A stretch of 64,000 nucleotides of DNA from an uncultured Treponemataceae bacterium. Lineage in GTDB: Bacteria > Spirochaetota > Spirochaetia > Treponematales > UBA12059. Under the pieces are notes generated by a model, which was not told where the DNA came from, did not search any database, and saw only the letters and a list, made by a program, of their open reading frames with translations. Both the position numbers and the translations under genes were made by a program. The DNA lies in contig CAZAJF010000006.1 of NCBI GenBank assembly GCA_964485395.1, forward strand, positions 41,195 through 105,194, in the 5' to 3' direction. This document shows positions 39,933-48,756 of this stretch, piece by piece; position 1 is the stretch's first letter; each line of letters opens with the position of its first letter.

Positions 39933-40783
39933 ATGAAATCTGAGTTCGATAAAAACTATAATACTATAATGCTAAACGCCAACTACTTAAATAACAAAAT
40001 TGCTGAAACTAATTATTTTGGGGAAGAAAATAAAATTTTCCTAAAACTTACGAATACTAATCATGATTTTATTGATTTCGAAATTATTTTTCATATAATA
40101 CACGATTTATTTGGAACAAAGTCAATCTAGCTTTTTGGAAGAGCATAAATGAGATTCAGAAAAATTTAGAAAAAAATATTGGGAAATCGATTAGTAAAAG
40201 TATTGTAATAATTGAATACTATACCGATAAAAAGAAATCAAAGAGTTTAATTTTGAAAATCAAGCGTCTTTATGACCTAATAATCGAATCAAAATCTGGA
40301 AAAGACTTTCTGACTTGATTCTACAATAATAGGAAACTGGATACTGTTCTTAGGTTAGAAAACGATCGTTTCAATATTTACAATGTCAAATTCCATTTGA
40401 TGATATTGGATATTAAGCGATTAATAATAATTAATGATTTAGAGGGACATGCATTTGGGGATAAGCTCATTATCAAAATTAGTATTATAATTAAGGAGTT
40501 ATGCTCAAATATTGATTACATATTTAGATATGGCGGAGATGAGTTTGTCATACTAATTCCCCATAAAGAGGAATCTCAGGTTAAGGAAATGGCTGAAAAA
40601 ATCCTTGAAAAGGTAAGAAAATTATCGACAGCCCAATATGGAGTAGCATTAAGTATAGGAATTTCAAACACAAATGAAAAAACAAAGAATCTTACCGAAC
40701 TTTTAGAAAGAGCAGATATTGCAATATACACTGCAAGCAATAAAGCCACTATGAGTAATGGAATTATAGAGTGGGCATTTTAG
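39933..40783 (+). pseudogene. GGDEF-domain (diguanylate cyclase) gene disrupted by a frameshift and an in-frame TGA
   Basis: The open part 40397..40783 carries NDLEGHAFGDKL and RYGGDEFVIL. Upstream in the same frame, KDFLT*FYNNRKL replaces the D.LTGL.NRR motif, with TGA at 40316 at the Gly position. Further upstream the frame switches to ORF 39933..40130. Confidence 0.65.
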
Positions 40784-40892
40784 TTAAGTATTTTTTGAAA
40801 CTTAGGCGATACAGCTTCTTACTTGGACATTTAGGACACTAGGGTTGCTTAAAAGTTAATCGATATAGATGATTTACGATGAAGGAGTAATT

Positions 40893-41585
40893 ATGAATAC
40901 TAGAATTGGATTGATTGCTATGTCGCTGTTCATTCTCGGCAGCACTCTAATTACGCAAGAGAGCCTGAGCGATCAGGTGACAACCTACTACTTTCAGACA
41001 GTGAATCTTTCAAGAGATGGTAATATCAGAATTGAGGTTACCCCAGAGAGTCAGCAAAAAAGGGACGGGAAGGTAGTTGTCGGCGTCCGATTTGATATAG
41101 TTAAAGACAACGTGCTTGATCCAGTATTCACCGTCGGAACAGTGGGTTCTGGCGAGAATATGGATACGGCATTTCGAACCGCCCTAGCTGAATGGATGTT
41201 CTTTTTCGGGGACCCATTTAAGAACTACACCAACAAAATTGATGCCAAGCAATTCAATGACTACGACCTATTTTTCTCAGGAAAGAAAGCACAAGGAGAG
41301 CAGTCAGACCGGCTATCTACCTTCATAATCCCTGACGAACAGTGGAATGCACAACTTACCCGCCTGATTCAAGACGATCAATTATTCAAAAAAGGAGCTG
41401 TTAATACTTCAATGATTCTTGTCATTGTTCAGAACGGAAAATTCGTCGGGGAATGTAGAATCAATGGAGTAGTAAGCACAAGTTTCTTAAACAGTATTGA
41501 GAAAAGTGGATTGTTCATTACCCTCGATTCAATTACTAGCCTTCTCGTTAAACAATATATAATTATTGCACCTAGGCGAAATTAA
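40893..41585 (+). CDS. Hypothetical secreted protein
   Basis: AAGGAG lies before the ATG at 40893. The signal peptide is MNTRIGLIAMSLFILGSTLI. Confidence 0.5.
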   Translation: MNTRIGLIAMSLFILGSTLITQESLSDQVTTYYFQTVNLSRDGNIRIEVTPESQQKRDGKVVVGVRFDIVKDNVLDPVFTVGTVGSGENMDTAFRTALAEWMFFFGDPFKNYTNKIDAKQFNDYDLFFSGKKAQGEQSDRLSTFIIPDEQWNAQLTRLIQDDQLFKKGAVNTSMILVIVQNGKFVGECRINGVVSTSFLNSIEKSGLFITLDSITSLLVKQYIIIAPRRN

Positions 41586-41864
41586 GTTTTGGCTTCGTTT
41601 ACTGTGTGTTTTAAGAATTCTGATCTTCTGGTGTCTGTAGAAAAGGAGGAAACTACATTAAAAATTCGGCTCCGACAAGGACTATAAAAAATAGTTTCGA
41701 AACTAATCAGATGGTGCATTAAAGCACCAATATTCTGTCAAAAGGATGTTTTTCAATTCTGTTCAATCTCATAGATTATCCAGAAAATCTGTAGTAGACT
41801 AGTTTGAAAAATTAAAATTACCTTGAATAACTGATTATTCAATATACTATAGGGAGAACCTTAA

Positions 41865-42296
41865 ATGAATATGGTAAACTACAAGATTCTAAGAATCAGA
41901 ATGCGTATTCGAAGGGCATTATCTTCTATAATCCCTTTCCTTGCAAAGACGACAAAAATATTCAAGAAACCAATAGTGAAAGCATATAAGGATTCTGAAG
42001 GTTGGTTTATTTCTGATTCAAATGGATTTTCCAAAGCTCAAAACCAACTTATTGGAGGAGTTCCCGAGCTTATCGAACACTTTGTTGGCGCTTCGACTAA
42101 GATAATGATTAAATATAGCTCAGTAAAATTTCAAGATGCCATTACCTGTGATCTGATTGAAACCAGACCAAGTGGTTCAACGTATCGATATCACGAGGGC
42201 AATGTTGACTATAAATTTTGGCTTTGCCCTGTCTTCTTTTGGTATTTCAAGAATCCTCCGAAAACTCTATTTGTGTTAATAGTTGACGACTGCTAG
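41865..42296 (+). CDS. WLCPV(F/L)F motif family protein
   Basis: 143 aa with EGWFISDSNGF...GGVPELIEHFV...GSTYRYHEGNVDYKFWLCPVFFWYFKNPPKTLFV. Confidence 0.65.
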   Translation: MNMVNYKILRIRMRIRRALSSIIPFLAKTTKIFKKPIVKAYKDSEGWFISDSNGFSKAQNQLIGGVPELIEHFVGASTKIMIKYSSVKFQDAITCDLIETRPSGSTYRYHEGNVDYKFWLCPVFFWYFKNPPKTLFVLIVDDC

Positions 42297-42471
42297 CTCC
42301 ATGCAAAAGTACTTAAATGATTTTATCGCAATGTTCGCTTTTTGATTTGGCAGGGCACGACTATTATCGCAGTTCCCCATTACAAGATAGCATCATTGGA
42401 CTTATCTTGGAGAAGCATAGTAATGCATCTCGCAGTGACTATGACTTAAATCTTTATGGAGGTTTTGCAAA

Positions 42472-42849
42472 ATGACTGAAAATAAATACAGTTTAAAATG
42501 CATTACCACTGCTTATAAACTGATCAATCATCCAGAAATTGCCTTGTTAAAGATAGTAGGTTCATTAGACTTATTTTCTAAAGGAAACTGGTTTAGCAGA
42601 ATCGAAAAACTAAGCAAAGTTGGCTATAAAAAAATTATACTCGATTGCAATGAAACTTTTGTTTACGATCATATTGATCCATTTTTCACTAACCTTAAAT
42701 TTCCTAAAGATAGCAATCTTTGTTTTGTTATTTATGCCAAAAAAGAATCGACAATAGTCAAGAATTACTATGATGGGATTCTTGGTGGAATGTTAAATTT
42801 CGTACTTGGATCAATGCAAGAGTGCATAGGTTACTTAAATAAATACTAA
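42472..42849 (+). CDS. STAS-like single-domain protein (tentative)
   Basis: 125 aa. LLKIVGSLDLFS...GYKKIILDCNETFVYDHID...LCFVIY...SMQECIGYL follows the SpoIIAA/STAS pattern only loosely. Confidence 0.4.
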   Translation: MTENKYSLKCITTAYKLINHPEIALLKIVGSLDLFSKGNWFSRIEKLSKVGYKKIILDCNETFVYDHIDPFFTNLKFPKDSNLCFVIYAKKESTIVKNYYDGILGGMLNFVLGSMQECIGYLNKY

Positions 42850-42986
42850 TGTGAAGAAGTAAATACGAACCTTAACAAATCAGGTTTGCGCTAATGATAA
42901 GCCGACCCTGCTGAGAATATTTTAGGTTTATAAAAAGTGGTTGAATACAAACCAATATTTTTTGACTTCTTGAGAGGAGAATAGAT

Positions 42987-43316
42987 ATGAAAGCACGACA
43001 AACTCTAATAGCAGTATTATTAGGGGTTATTACAGGTTATATAATTTGTTTCGCAGTATTTCTTGGATTTTTATTCCTAAATACTATCACTGCTGTTGAC
43101 CTCAATACATTGGTTTGGACATTTTATTTATTACTTATTTTGATATTGATCCCTATTGTTATTCTGTTTATTAAGAATGCGAGAAGTAAAAAAACAACAT
43201 TTGCGAATGTTTATTGGCTGTCTTCTATTGCTTTTTCATTAATTGCTGGGATTACCGGGATTACATTACCAATAGTTGATTTATTTTTAATAGTTGCGAT
43301 AAACAAAATATTATGA
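42987..43316 (+). CDS. Small integral membrane protein (3 predicted TM segments)
   Basis: 109 aa with three long hydrophobic stretches. GAGGAG lies upstream. Confidence 0.55.
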   Translation: MKARQTLIAVLLGVITGYIICFAVFLGFLFLNTITAVDLNTLVWTFYLLLILILIPIVILFIKNARSKKTTFANVYWLSSIAFSLIAGITGITLPIVDLFLIVAINKIL

Positions 43317-43508
43317 AAATGGTTAAGCCGAATTCGAGATTACATGCTTTTATAAAATACAATTCAAGGAAGATTCAGCCAGATTCGCTCTTTGCCATGA
43401 ATTATTATTGCATTGACCATAACACAAAAACCTATCACATTTGCTTTTATAGATTTAGTGAATATTAGGTTGACGCTACATATATAGTGGGATTATTATA
43501 GAGGGCAA

Positions 43509-44279
43509 ATGAAAATCTTATTCACAACCGACATCCATGGTGATATGGAGACATATCAAGCCTTCTCAGAAAAATTGAAGGACTTCGACATTGGTATCAT
43601 TGCTGGTGACTTGATGGAAGAATTCCTGTCACCTAATGATGCTATCGCATTTGGCTTGAAAGACAAAGAACTAATCGAAGAATTGCATGGCGAGGAATTT
43701 GACGAAGTTGTTGAAATGGATAAAGCCATAAAAAATGCACTCCATAACAAGAATTCAACAAATAGAAAAGGATTGGAAATTAAGAGAAAAAAAATAATAG
43801 AGACTCTCGAAATCGCACAGCGACCAATATACTACATTCGCGGTAACCATGATATTGCCGATTGGGGTGATACAAAATATATAAAAAATATTGAAAACAA
43901 GAAAATAGATTTAGGAACAATAAGTCTATTTGGTTTGAAAGAAGATTTTAGATTGGCAGTAAGCCAATTTAGGTATTCAAGTAAAATAGCAAATTGCATT
44001 GATAAGGGTACAATTTTAGTTTGTCATTCTCCACCATATAAAATAATGGATATTACGAAAATGGTGCGAAGGAGGGATCATAAAGTAGTCCTTACACATG
44101 TTGGAAGTAAAAATATTCTTAAAATAGTAAACAAAAAGCATCCCCTGTTTTGCCTTTGCGGTCATGTACACCAAGGAATAGGTATTAACGGTAACATCAT
44201 TAATGGGGGATGTTACAGGCATAAGAAATTTGCAAGCATCGATACAGAAAAAAGCAAAGCAGAATTTATCAACTGGTAA
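43509..44279 (+). CDS. Calcineurin-like metallophosphoesterase
   Basis: Motifs TDIHG, AGDL, RGNHD, CHSPP and CGHVHQ. It shares the insert ...NSTNRKGLEIKRKKII... with 26512..27318. Confidence 0.85.
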   Translation: MKILFTTDIHGDMETYQAFSEKLKDFDIGIIAGDLMEEFLSPNDAIAFGLKDKELIEELHGEEFDEVVEMDKAIKNALHNKNSTNRKGLEIKRKKIIETLEIAQRPIYYIRGNHDIADWGDTKYIKNIENKKIDLGTISLFGLKEDFRLAVSQFRYSSKIANCIDKGTILVCHSPPYKIMDITKMVRRRDHKVVLTHVGSKNILKIVNKKHPLFCLCGHVHQGIGINGNIINGGCYRHKKFASIDTEKSKAEFINW

Positions 44280-44599
44280 GGCTTTAAGATTGTCCTAAGA
44301 TTGGCATTAACTGAAAATAGTTATGTTACGATTATTTACTTTTGTTTTCTTAATTCATACTAAAGCAGCTTTGATGTTAAAATTATATATGGCAGGCTTG
44401 ATCAATCAATGGTAATATAAAAACAAAAAATGTTTTAGTATTACCCAAGAATGGTGCTTTTACAGATTCTGTTTTTTCTTAGTTGTGTAGATCAGCAAAA
44501 TTCATATCCAAAACAATAATGGGTGATACACTATCAGTTTGAATAGTCATTTATGAATTGATTGAATTAGTGTTGGATTGAACTATATATGAGGTGCAT

Positions 44600-45340
44600 A
44601 TGTCCATATTTGCTATTGGTGATATTCATGGATGTTTTGACTTATTAGATAAAGGGTTTGAAGTAATCAAAAACCGCGCATCTCTAAATGATAAAATAGT
44701 CCTCCTAGGGGACATAATTGATTCTGGCAGTGATACAAAAAAGTGTATCGATCTAATACTTGAAATGAGTCAAAAATATGAAGTAATCGCAGTCAAGGGA
44801 AATCATGAAGAATGGATGCTACAAACAAAAGATGATTATACCAGTCACTCATGGATAATTAGTATGGATGGATTAAAAACCATTAAAAGCTATTCTGAAA
44901 GTGTAGAAGAAGAATTGAAAAGTGAATTAAAAGCAAATGGAATTGCAATAGTAAATGATCACGTACCAATATCGTATGATAAATTTTTCAAGGTGTTACC
45001 AAAAGCACATTTGGATTTCATAGAAAACATGAGAGACTATTACATTGAAGGAAACTACATATTCGTTCACGCAGGGATATCAACAGAATATAAAGATCTT
45101 GACAAAATGGATAGGCACAACATGAGATGGGGATTTGAAGGATTTCCGGAAAAATACCACGGAAATAAAATAGTTGTATATGGTCACTGGAGCAATAAAG
45201 CAGTAATAAACGGCAACCAAGTGATTACATATCAATCCAATAACACTATCTGTATAGACACCCAAAAACATAACGTGCTTACAATATTTATAGCTCCAGA
45301 AAATAAAATAGTGCAAATTACGCCTAAAAAGCAAATCTAA
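44600..45340 (+). CDS. PPP-family Ser/Thr phosphatase-like metallophosphoesterase
   Basis: Motifs GDIHG, GDIIDSG (Arg of DRG replaced), GNHE, VHAG and YGHW. ATG at 44600 follows GAGG. Confidence 0.8.
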   Translation: MSIFAIGDIHGCFDLLDKGFEVIKNRASLNDKIVLLGDIIDSGSDTKKCIDLILEMSQKYEVIAVKGNHEEWMLQTKDDYTSHSWIISMDGLKTIKSYSESVEEELKSELKANGIAIVNDHVPISYDKFFKVLPKAHLDFIENMRDYYIEGNYIFVHAGISTEYKDLDKMDRHNMRWGFEGFPEKYHGNKIVVYGHWSNKAVINGNQVITYQSNNTICIDTQKHNVLTIFIAPENKIVQITPKKQI

Positions 45341-45448
45341 TAAGTTTTAAATCTGTTATTTTAAAGCCATCCCAGTTTAGCAAACATAAGATTGACGCCT
45401 CAACTAAAAGCGAATATAATCTTATTTCAGAGAAAACCAGGAGCATAT

Positions 45449-45922
45449 ATGCAATATCGAGTTCATATTAAAAGGTTTGGCAATGGATTTTGGTCATTTC
45501 ATACCCCGAGATTTGCATATCCTCAACTTCCAGAACGATCAATATTTGACAATGCGCTCGTTGCAGGAATAGATGACATGTTGTTGGAATATGAAAAGAA
45601 ATATGGAAAATTTGATGTGATTTTCAGTGACACCAAGATTGATTGTGAAAATATCGATTTTATGAAATTGACGTGGGTTCGCGGGGATCGGTATGATTCT
45701 CAAAAAGGTGGCAATTGGTATGCTAATTCCGAAAATAAAATCGGATGGCTTTGCCCTGTTTTATTTGATTATTTTAACCCCTGCCCTGAAAATATTTTCA
45801 TATTTTTAGTAAAATACCAGCAAACCAAAGATAGCAGGCTTACAATAAAACAACTCTTCGAAGAATTGAAAACCAAGTTACTTAAGAATAGCGTTGGATT
45901 TTTAGAATCTGTGGAAGAGTAA
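45449..45922 (+). CDS. WLCPV(F/L)F motif family protein
   Basis: Contains GGNWYANSENKIGWLCPVLFDYFNPCPENIFIF. ATG at 45449 follows CCAGGAG. Confidence 0.65.
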   Translation: MQYRVHIKRFGNGFWSFHTPRFAYPQLPERSIFDNALVAGIDDMLLEYEKKYGKFDVIFSDTKIDCENIDFMKLTWVRGDRYDSQKGGNWYANSENKIGWLCPVLFDYFNPCPENIFIFLVKYQQTKDSRLTIKQLFEELKTKLLKNSVGFLESVEE

Positions 45923-46029
45923 AAGTTAATAATACTATTTGAACCTGAGATTAAATATGGGAAAATTTGTCTGAAGGCATTGAATTATAGGCCATGTTCG
46001 AGGAAATACTTTTAAATTATGGAGATTAG

Positions 46030-46767
46030 ATGAATCCCTCTTATCCAAGCATTAAACAAGCGCTATTTTTACTATTTTGCATAGTGACAATACAGACAAT
46101 AATTGGTGTATTTATAACGGGTTTACTTCAAGCTCTCAATCATGAAATAAATAATTCCGCTTTAGCCGGCTTTGCTGATACGATTACACTAGGGTTGATT
46201 ATTTTTAATGCTCAAAAATACTATGAATACAGCTTTAGCAAACTATATTCATTTAAGCTATTTAACCCTTTATATTTAATTCCTATAATTCTTGTTACTT
46301 GTGGGTTTTCTATATTACTATCCGAGTTAAATAATGTCATACAATTTTTCGTTCCTATTCCACCTATGTGGAGAGAGATATTTACTTCAGTTGGCAGCAC
46401 TAAATCTGGAATGATACCTTCTATCCTGACTCTTTCTATTATTGCTCCACTAACTGAAGAGTTATTATTTCAAGGATTATTTCTGAAAAGCTTTCTAACT
46501 AAAATGACAAAATCGAATGCTATTGTATTATCTTCGCTTTTATTTGCAATTCTTCATTTAAATCTCTGGCAATTTGCAGGAGCATTTTTAATGGGAATAT
46601 TATTGGCAAATATGTATATTGAGTTCAAATCCCTTTTGCCATGCTTGATCGTACATAGTATATATAATTTTCTACCAACATTATCCAGAGATATTCTTAG
46701 TATTAACATTTCTGGATACTCTTCACATACTCAATCATCACAATTTCAAACAATTCGTTTGACTTAA
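46030..46767 (+). CDS. CPBP-family intramembrane glutamic protease (CAAX protease / Abi)
   Basis: Multi-TM protein with motifs APLTEELLFQG, FAILH and HSIYNF. Confidence 0.8.
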   Translation: MNPSYPSIKQALFLLFCIVTIQTIIGVFITGLLQALNHEINNSALAGFADTITLGLIIFNAQKYYEYSFSKLYSFKLFNPLYLIPIILVTCGFSILLSELNNVIQFFVPIPPMWREIFTSVGSTKSGMIPSILTLSIIAPLTEELLFQGLFLKSFLTKMTKSNAIVLSSLLFAILHLNLWQFAGAFLMGILLANMYIEFKSLLPCLIVHSIYNFLPTLSRDILSINISGYSSHTQSSQFQTIRLT

Positions 46768-46848
46768 TTGAGGTGATATTGATCTTAGCATCTGTTCTTT
46801 CCTATATATTTTTTGAGAAGTTAACTGTAAAATTTAGGAGGACTTAAA

Positions 46849-47253
46849 TTGGCAGTTTCAGTTGAAGTAAAAATAGAAGAAGATAATATTCATTGTCTTT
46901 TAATAAGAATTAGCGGTGTATATAAATACGGATCAGAAGGAAATGAAGATGCTGGGTATTTAGGGAAAATGATTCAAATTGGCGAGATTATTGGAACTTG
47001 CAAAAAGAATGGGTTAAAAGGAATCATTGTTGATATGCAATCACTATCCTATTCTTGGGGTAATGGAATACATATCTTCCAATTTGAATTATTTCGAAAC
47101 ATAATTCCTATTGCATATGTTACTGGAGCGAAGTGCATCGAAGGCATAATGAGTCTGTCTAAATTATCAAATATCATGGGAAATATTGAGTCAGCTATCT
47201 TTCCATCCATGAAAGAAGCGGTTGAGTATATTAACAAAAGGAGTTTTTCATGA
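46849..47253 (+). CDS. STAS-like single-domain protein (tentative)
   Basis: TTG start 8 nt after AGGAGG. LLIRISGVY...LKGIIVDMQSLSYSWGNG...IAYVTGAKCIEGIMSL...SMKEAVEYI resembles STAS only loosely. Confidence 0.35.
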   Translation: MAVSVEVKIEEDNIHCLLIRISGVYKYGSEGNEDAGYLGKMIQIGEIIGTCKKNGLKGIIVDMQSLSYSWGNGIHIFQFELFRNIIPIAYVTGAKCIEGIMSLSKLSNIMGNIESAIFPSMKEAVEYINKRSFS

Positions 47254-47639
47254 TCCCAAACACAAAACTTCGAGCCGTATTTGACAAGACCAGCGGGCAT
47301 TGCCATTTCTGCGGCGATGGATTGGTTTTTGAAAAGTACGGTATAAAGGACATTAACGACCTTATGGGAGCATGGGAATCAGACCATGTAATCCAGCAAG
47401 GCAAGGGTGGTTCTAAAGATGACGAGAACTGTCTACCAACCTGTGTTCGATGCAACCGCCTTAGGTGGCATAGAGACGGAGACAATCTGCGGGAGTTATT
47501 ACTCCTTGGGCTTGTGGCATTCGATGAGGTTAAAAAGAAGACTACTACAGGGAAGAAGATTGAGGAACTAAAAACAAAGCGCCTTGAGGCTAATATCAAG
47601 AGGAGAAGAAGTTCGCCAAGTGAAGAGGCGGCAGAATAG
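47250..47639 (+). CDS. HNH endonuclease-domain protein
   Basis: Motifs GHCHFCG...WESDHVIQQGKGG...CVRCNRLRWH. It has an ATGA overlap with the upstream gene, and its GC is higher than the island average. Confidence 0.75.
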   Translation: MIPNTKLRAVFDKTSGHCHFCGDGLVFEKYGIKDINDLMGAWESDHVIQQGKGGSKDDENCLPTCVRCNRLRWHRDGDNLRELLLLGLVAFDEVKKKTTTGKKIEELKTKRLEANIKRRRSSPSEEAAE

Positions 47640-48523
47640 AATATTGCTACATTCGCTTCCCATGCAAGTGGATATCGCTTTTATAGTAGAACATGGTCTT
47701 AGGGTTGGTGCATCAGGAGCAATAACAATAAGGGCAGGGAGATACTCTGGAAACTCCAAAGGGAAAAAGATTATTTGAAAGGTTTCGGAAAAGGTCATGT
47801 AGGCGATAACTGAAGCGTAAATCGCTTCTAAAAAGCCCTATGCAGATTTTCCTCAGGATGCTGTTCGTAATTCGTTCCGATATGCTGTTGGAAAGCTATA
47901 TATGACTGGAAGTGTCAACACTGGATTTAAATTTCCGAAATTCATCGGTTTGCGAATTTCGCTTTTTCAGGCTTCTGCGAGGTCAACGATCCCGGTTTTC
48001 AAGCGATTTTTCATGCGATATGAATCACCTTTCAGATTTATATGACAACAAGAATACCTATAGATTGAAGGTCTTATTGAACCATGCGAACAATCAAGTC
48101 ACGGAGCTATACTTAAAAGGGCTTGCGGCTTATTAAGGGTAAGAGGAATGTGTCCGGGACGAGCCTTATTAAGATCGTCAAAGTTAATAGGGCACTAGCT
48201 CTTGATTCTAGTAGCTCTTGGGCAGAATTTTCAAAGAATATTACTATGAAATAGATATGCAAGTTCAAGATTTTGCTTAGGTGTTTTTCGATCCAAGTGA
48301 CAGAGAGCTATTTGCGCGGAATCGAGGAATATTGACAAAATGATATGTTTTTTGATTAAAGAAAAGGGCAGGTTGAGAACCCGCACCTGCTATGTAGCGC
48401 CACGCTATATGTATAAAAAGGCAGTGGTATAAAATGGAGCAACTAAAAATAACATAGCAGTTAAGTTCTTATAATACAACAAATAAATCGAAAGCCATAA
48501 GTGAGTCCTACCCTTGCAAGCAA

Positions 48524-48557
48524 TAAAAACCGATCCGAAAGGGTCGGTTTTTTATTG
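48524..48557 (+). terminator. Terminator hairpin copy inside the right repeat
   Basis: AAAAACCGATCC-GAAA-GGGTCGGTTTTTT followed by ATTGTT. The stem difference from the left copy keeps base pairing. Confidence 0.55.
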
Positions 48558-48756
48558 TTATAATACAAAAAAAATCCAAGAAACCTGGAATCAGTTCTTC
48601 TACTAAAAATCAAATACATAATTAATTATCCAGTTTTTTCTAAATTCCTACTCGGTTTTTTTTTACGTTGGACTACATGTTTGCATGCGCCGATACAGAG
48701 AAGCTCGTGAATTGAAAAGTGTTTTCTGGCTATGCCTGGATTTGATGTGATCATAG

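Larger units (their letters stand above)
23771..48502. mobile_element. Low-GC genomic island (~24.7 kb) between tRNA-Met and tRNA-Val; mobility genes decayed
   Basis: GC drops abruptly to about 30%. The segment is flanked by the 303-bp direct repeats and tRNA fragments. It contains an IS3-like remnant and a serine recombinase pseudogene. Confidence 0.85.

Noticed and set aside
30534-40318. Three in-frame TGA codons (30534, 38931, 40316) could indicate a donor with TGA reassigned to Trp (code 4) or Gly (code 25). One replaces the conserved Gly of the GGDEF-domain D.LTG motif.
   Set aside because: None of the long intact island genes (up to 420 codons) contains an internal TGA. Several genes terminate with TGA in positions where read-through would run into overlapping downstream genes. 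Trp is encoded by TGG throughout. Simple nonsense mutations in decaying genes explain the data.
38125-47639. The same-strand array of short genes looked like an integron cassette array.
   Set aside because: I found no integron integrase, and no recurring attC-like imperfect palindrome with RYYYAAC/GTTRRRY cores in the intergenic regions. Isolated GTTAAGC/GTTAAAG strings are not paired. Spacers are heterogeneous.
23771-48502. The island could be a prophage or an integrative conjugative element.
   Set aside because: No capsid, terminase, tail, portal or lysis genes and no relaxase or T4SS genes were recognisable. Only dead IS and resolvase remnants are present.
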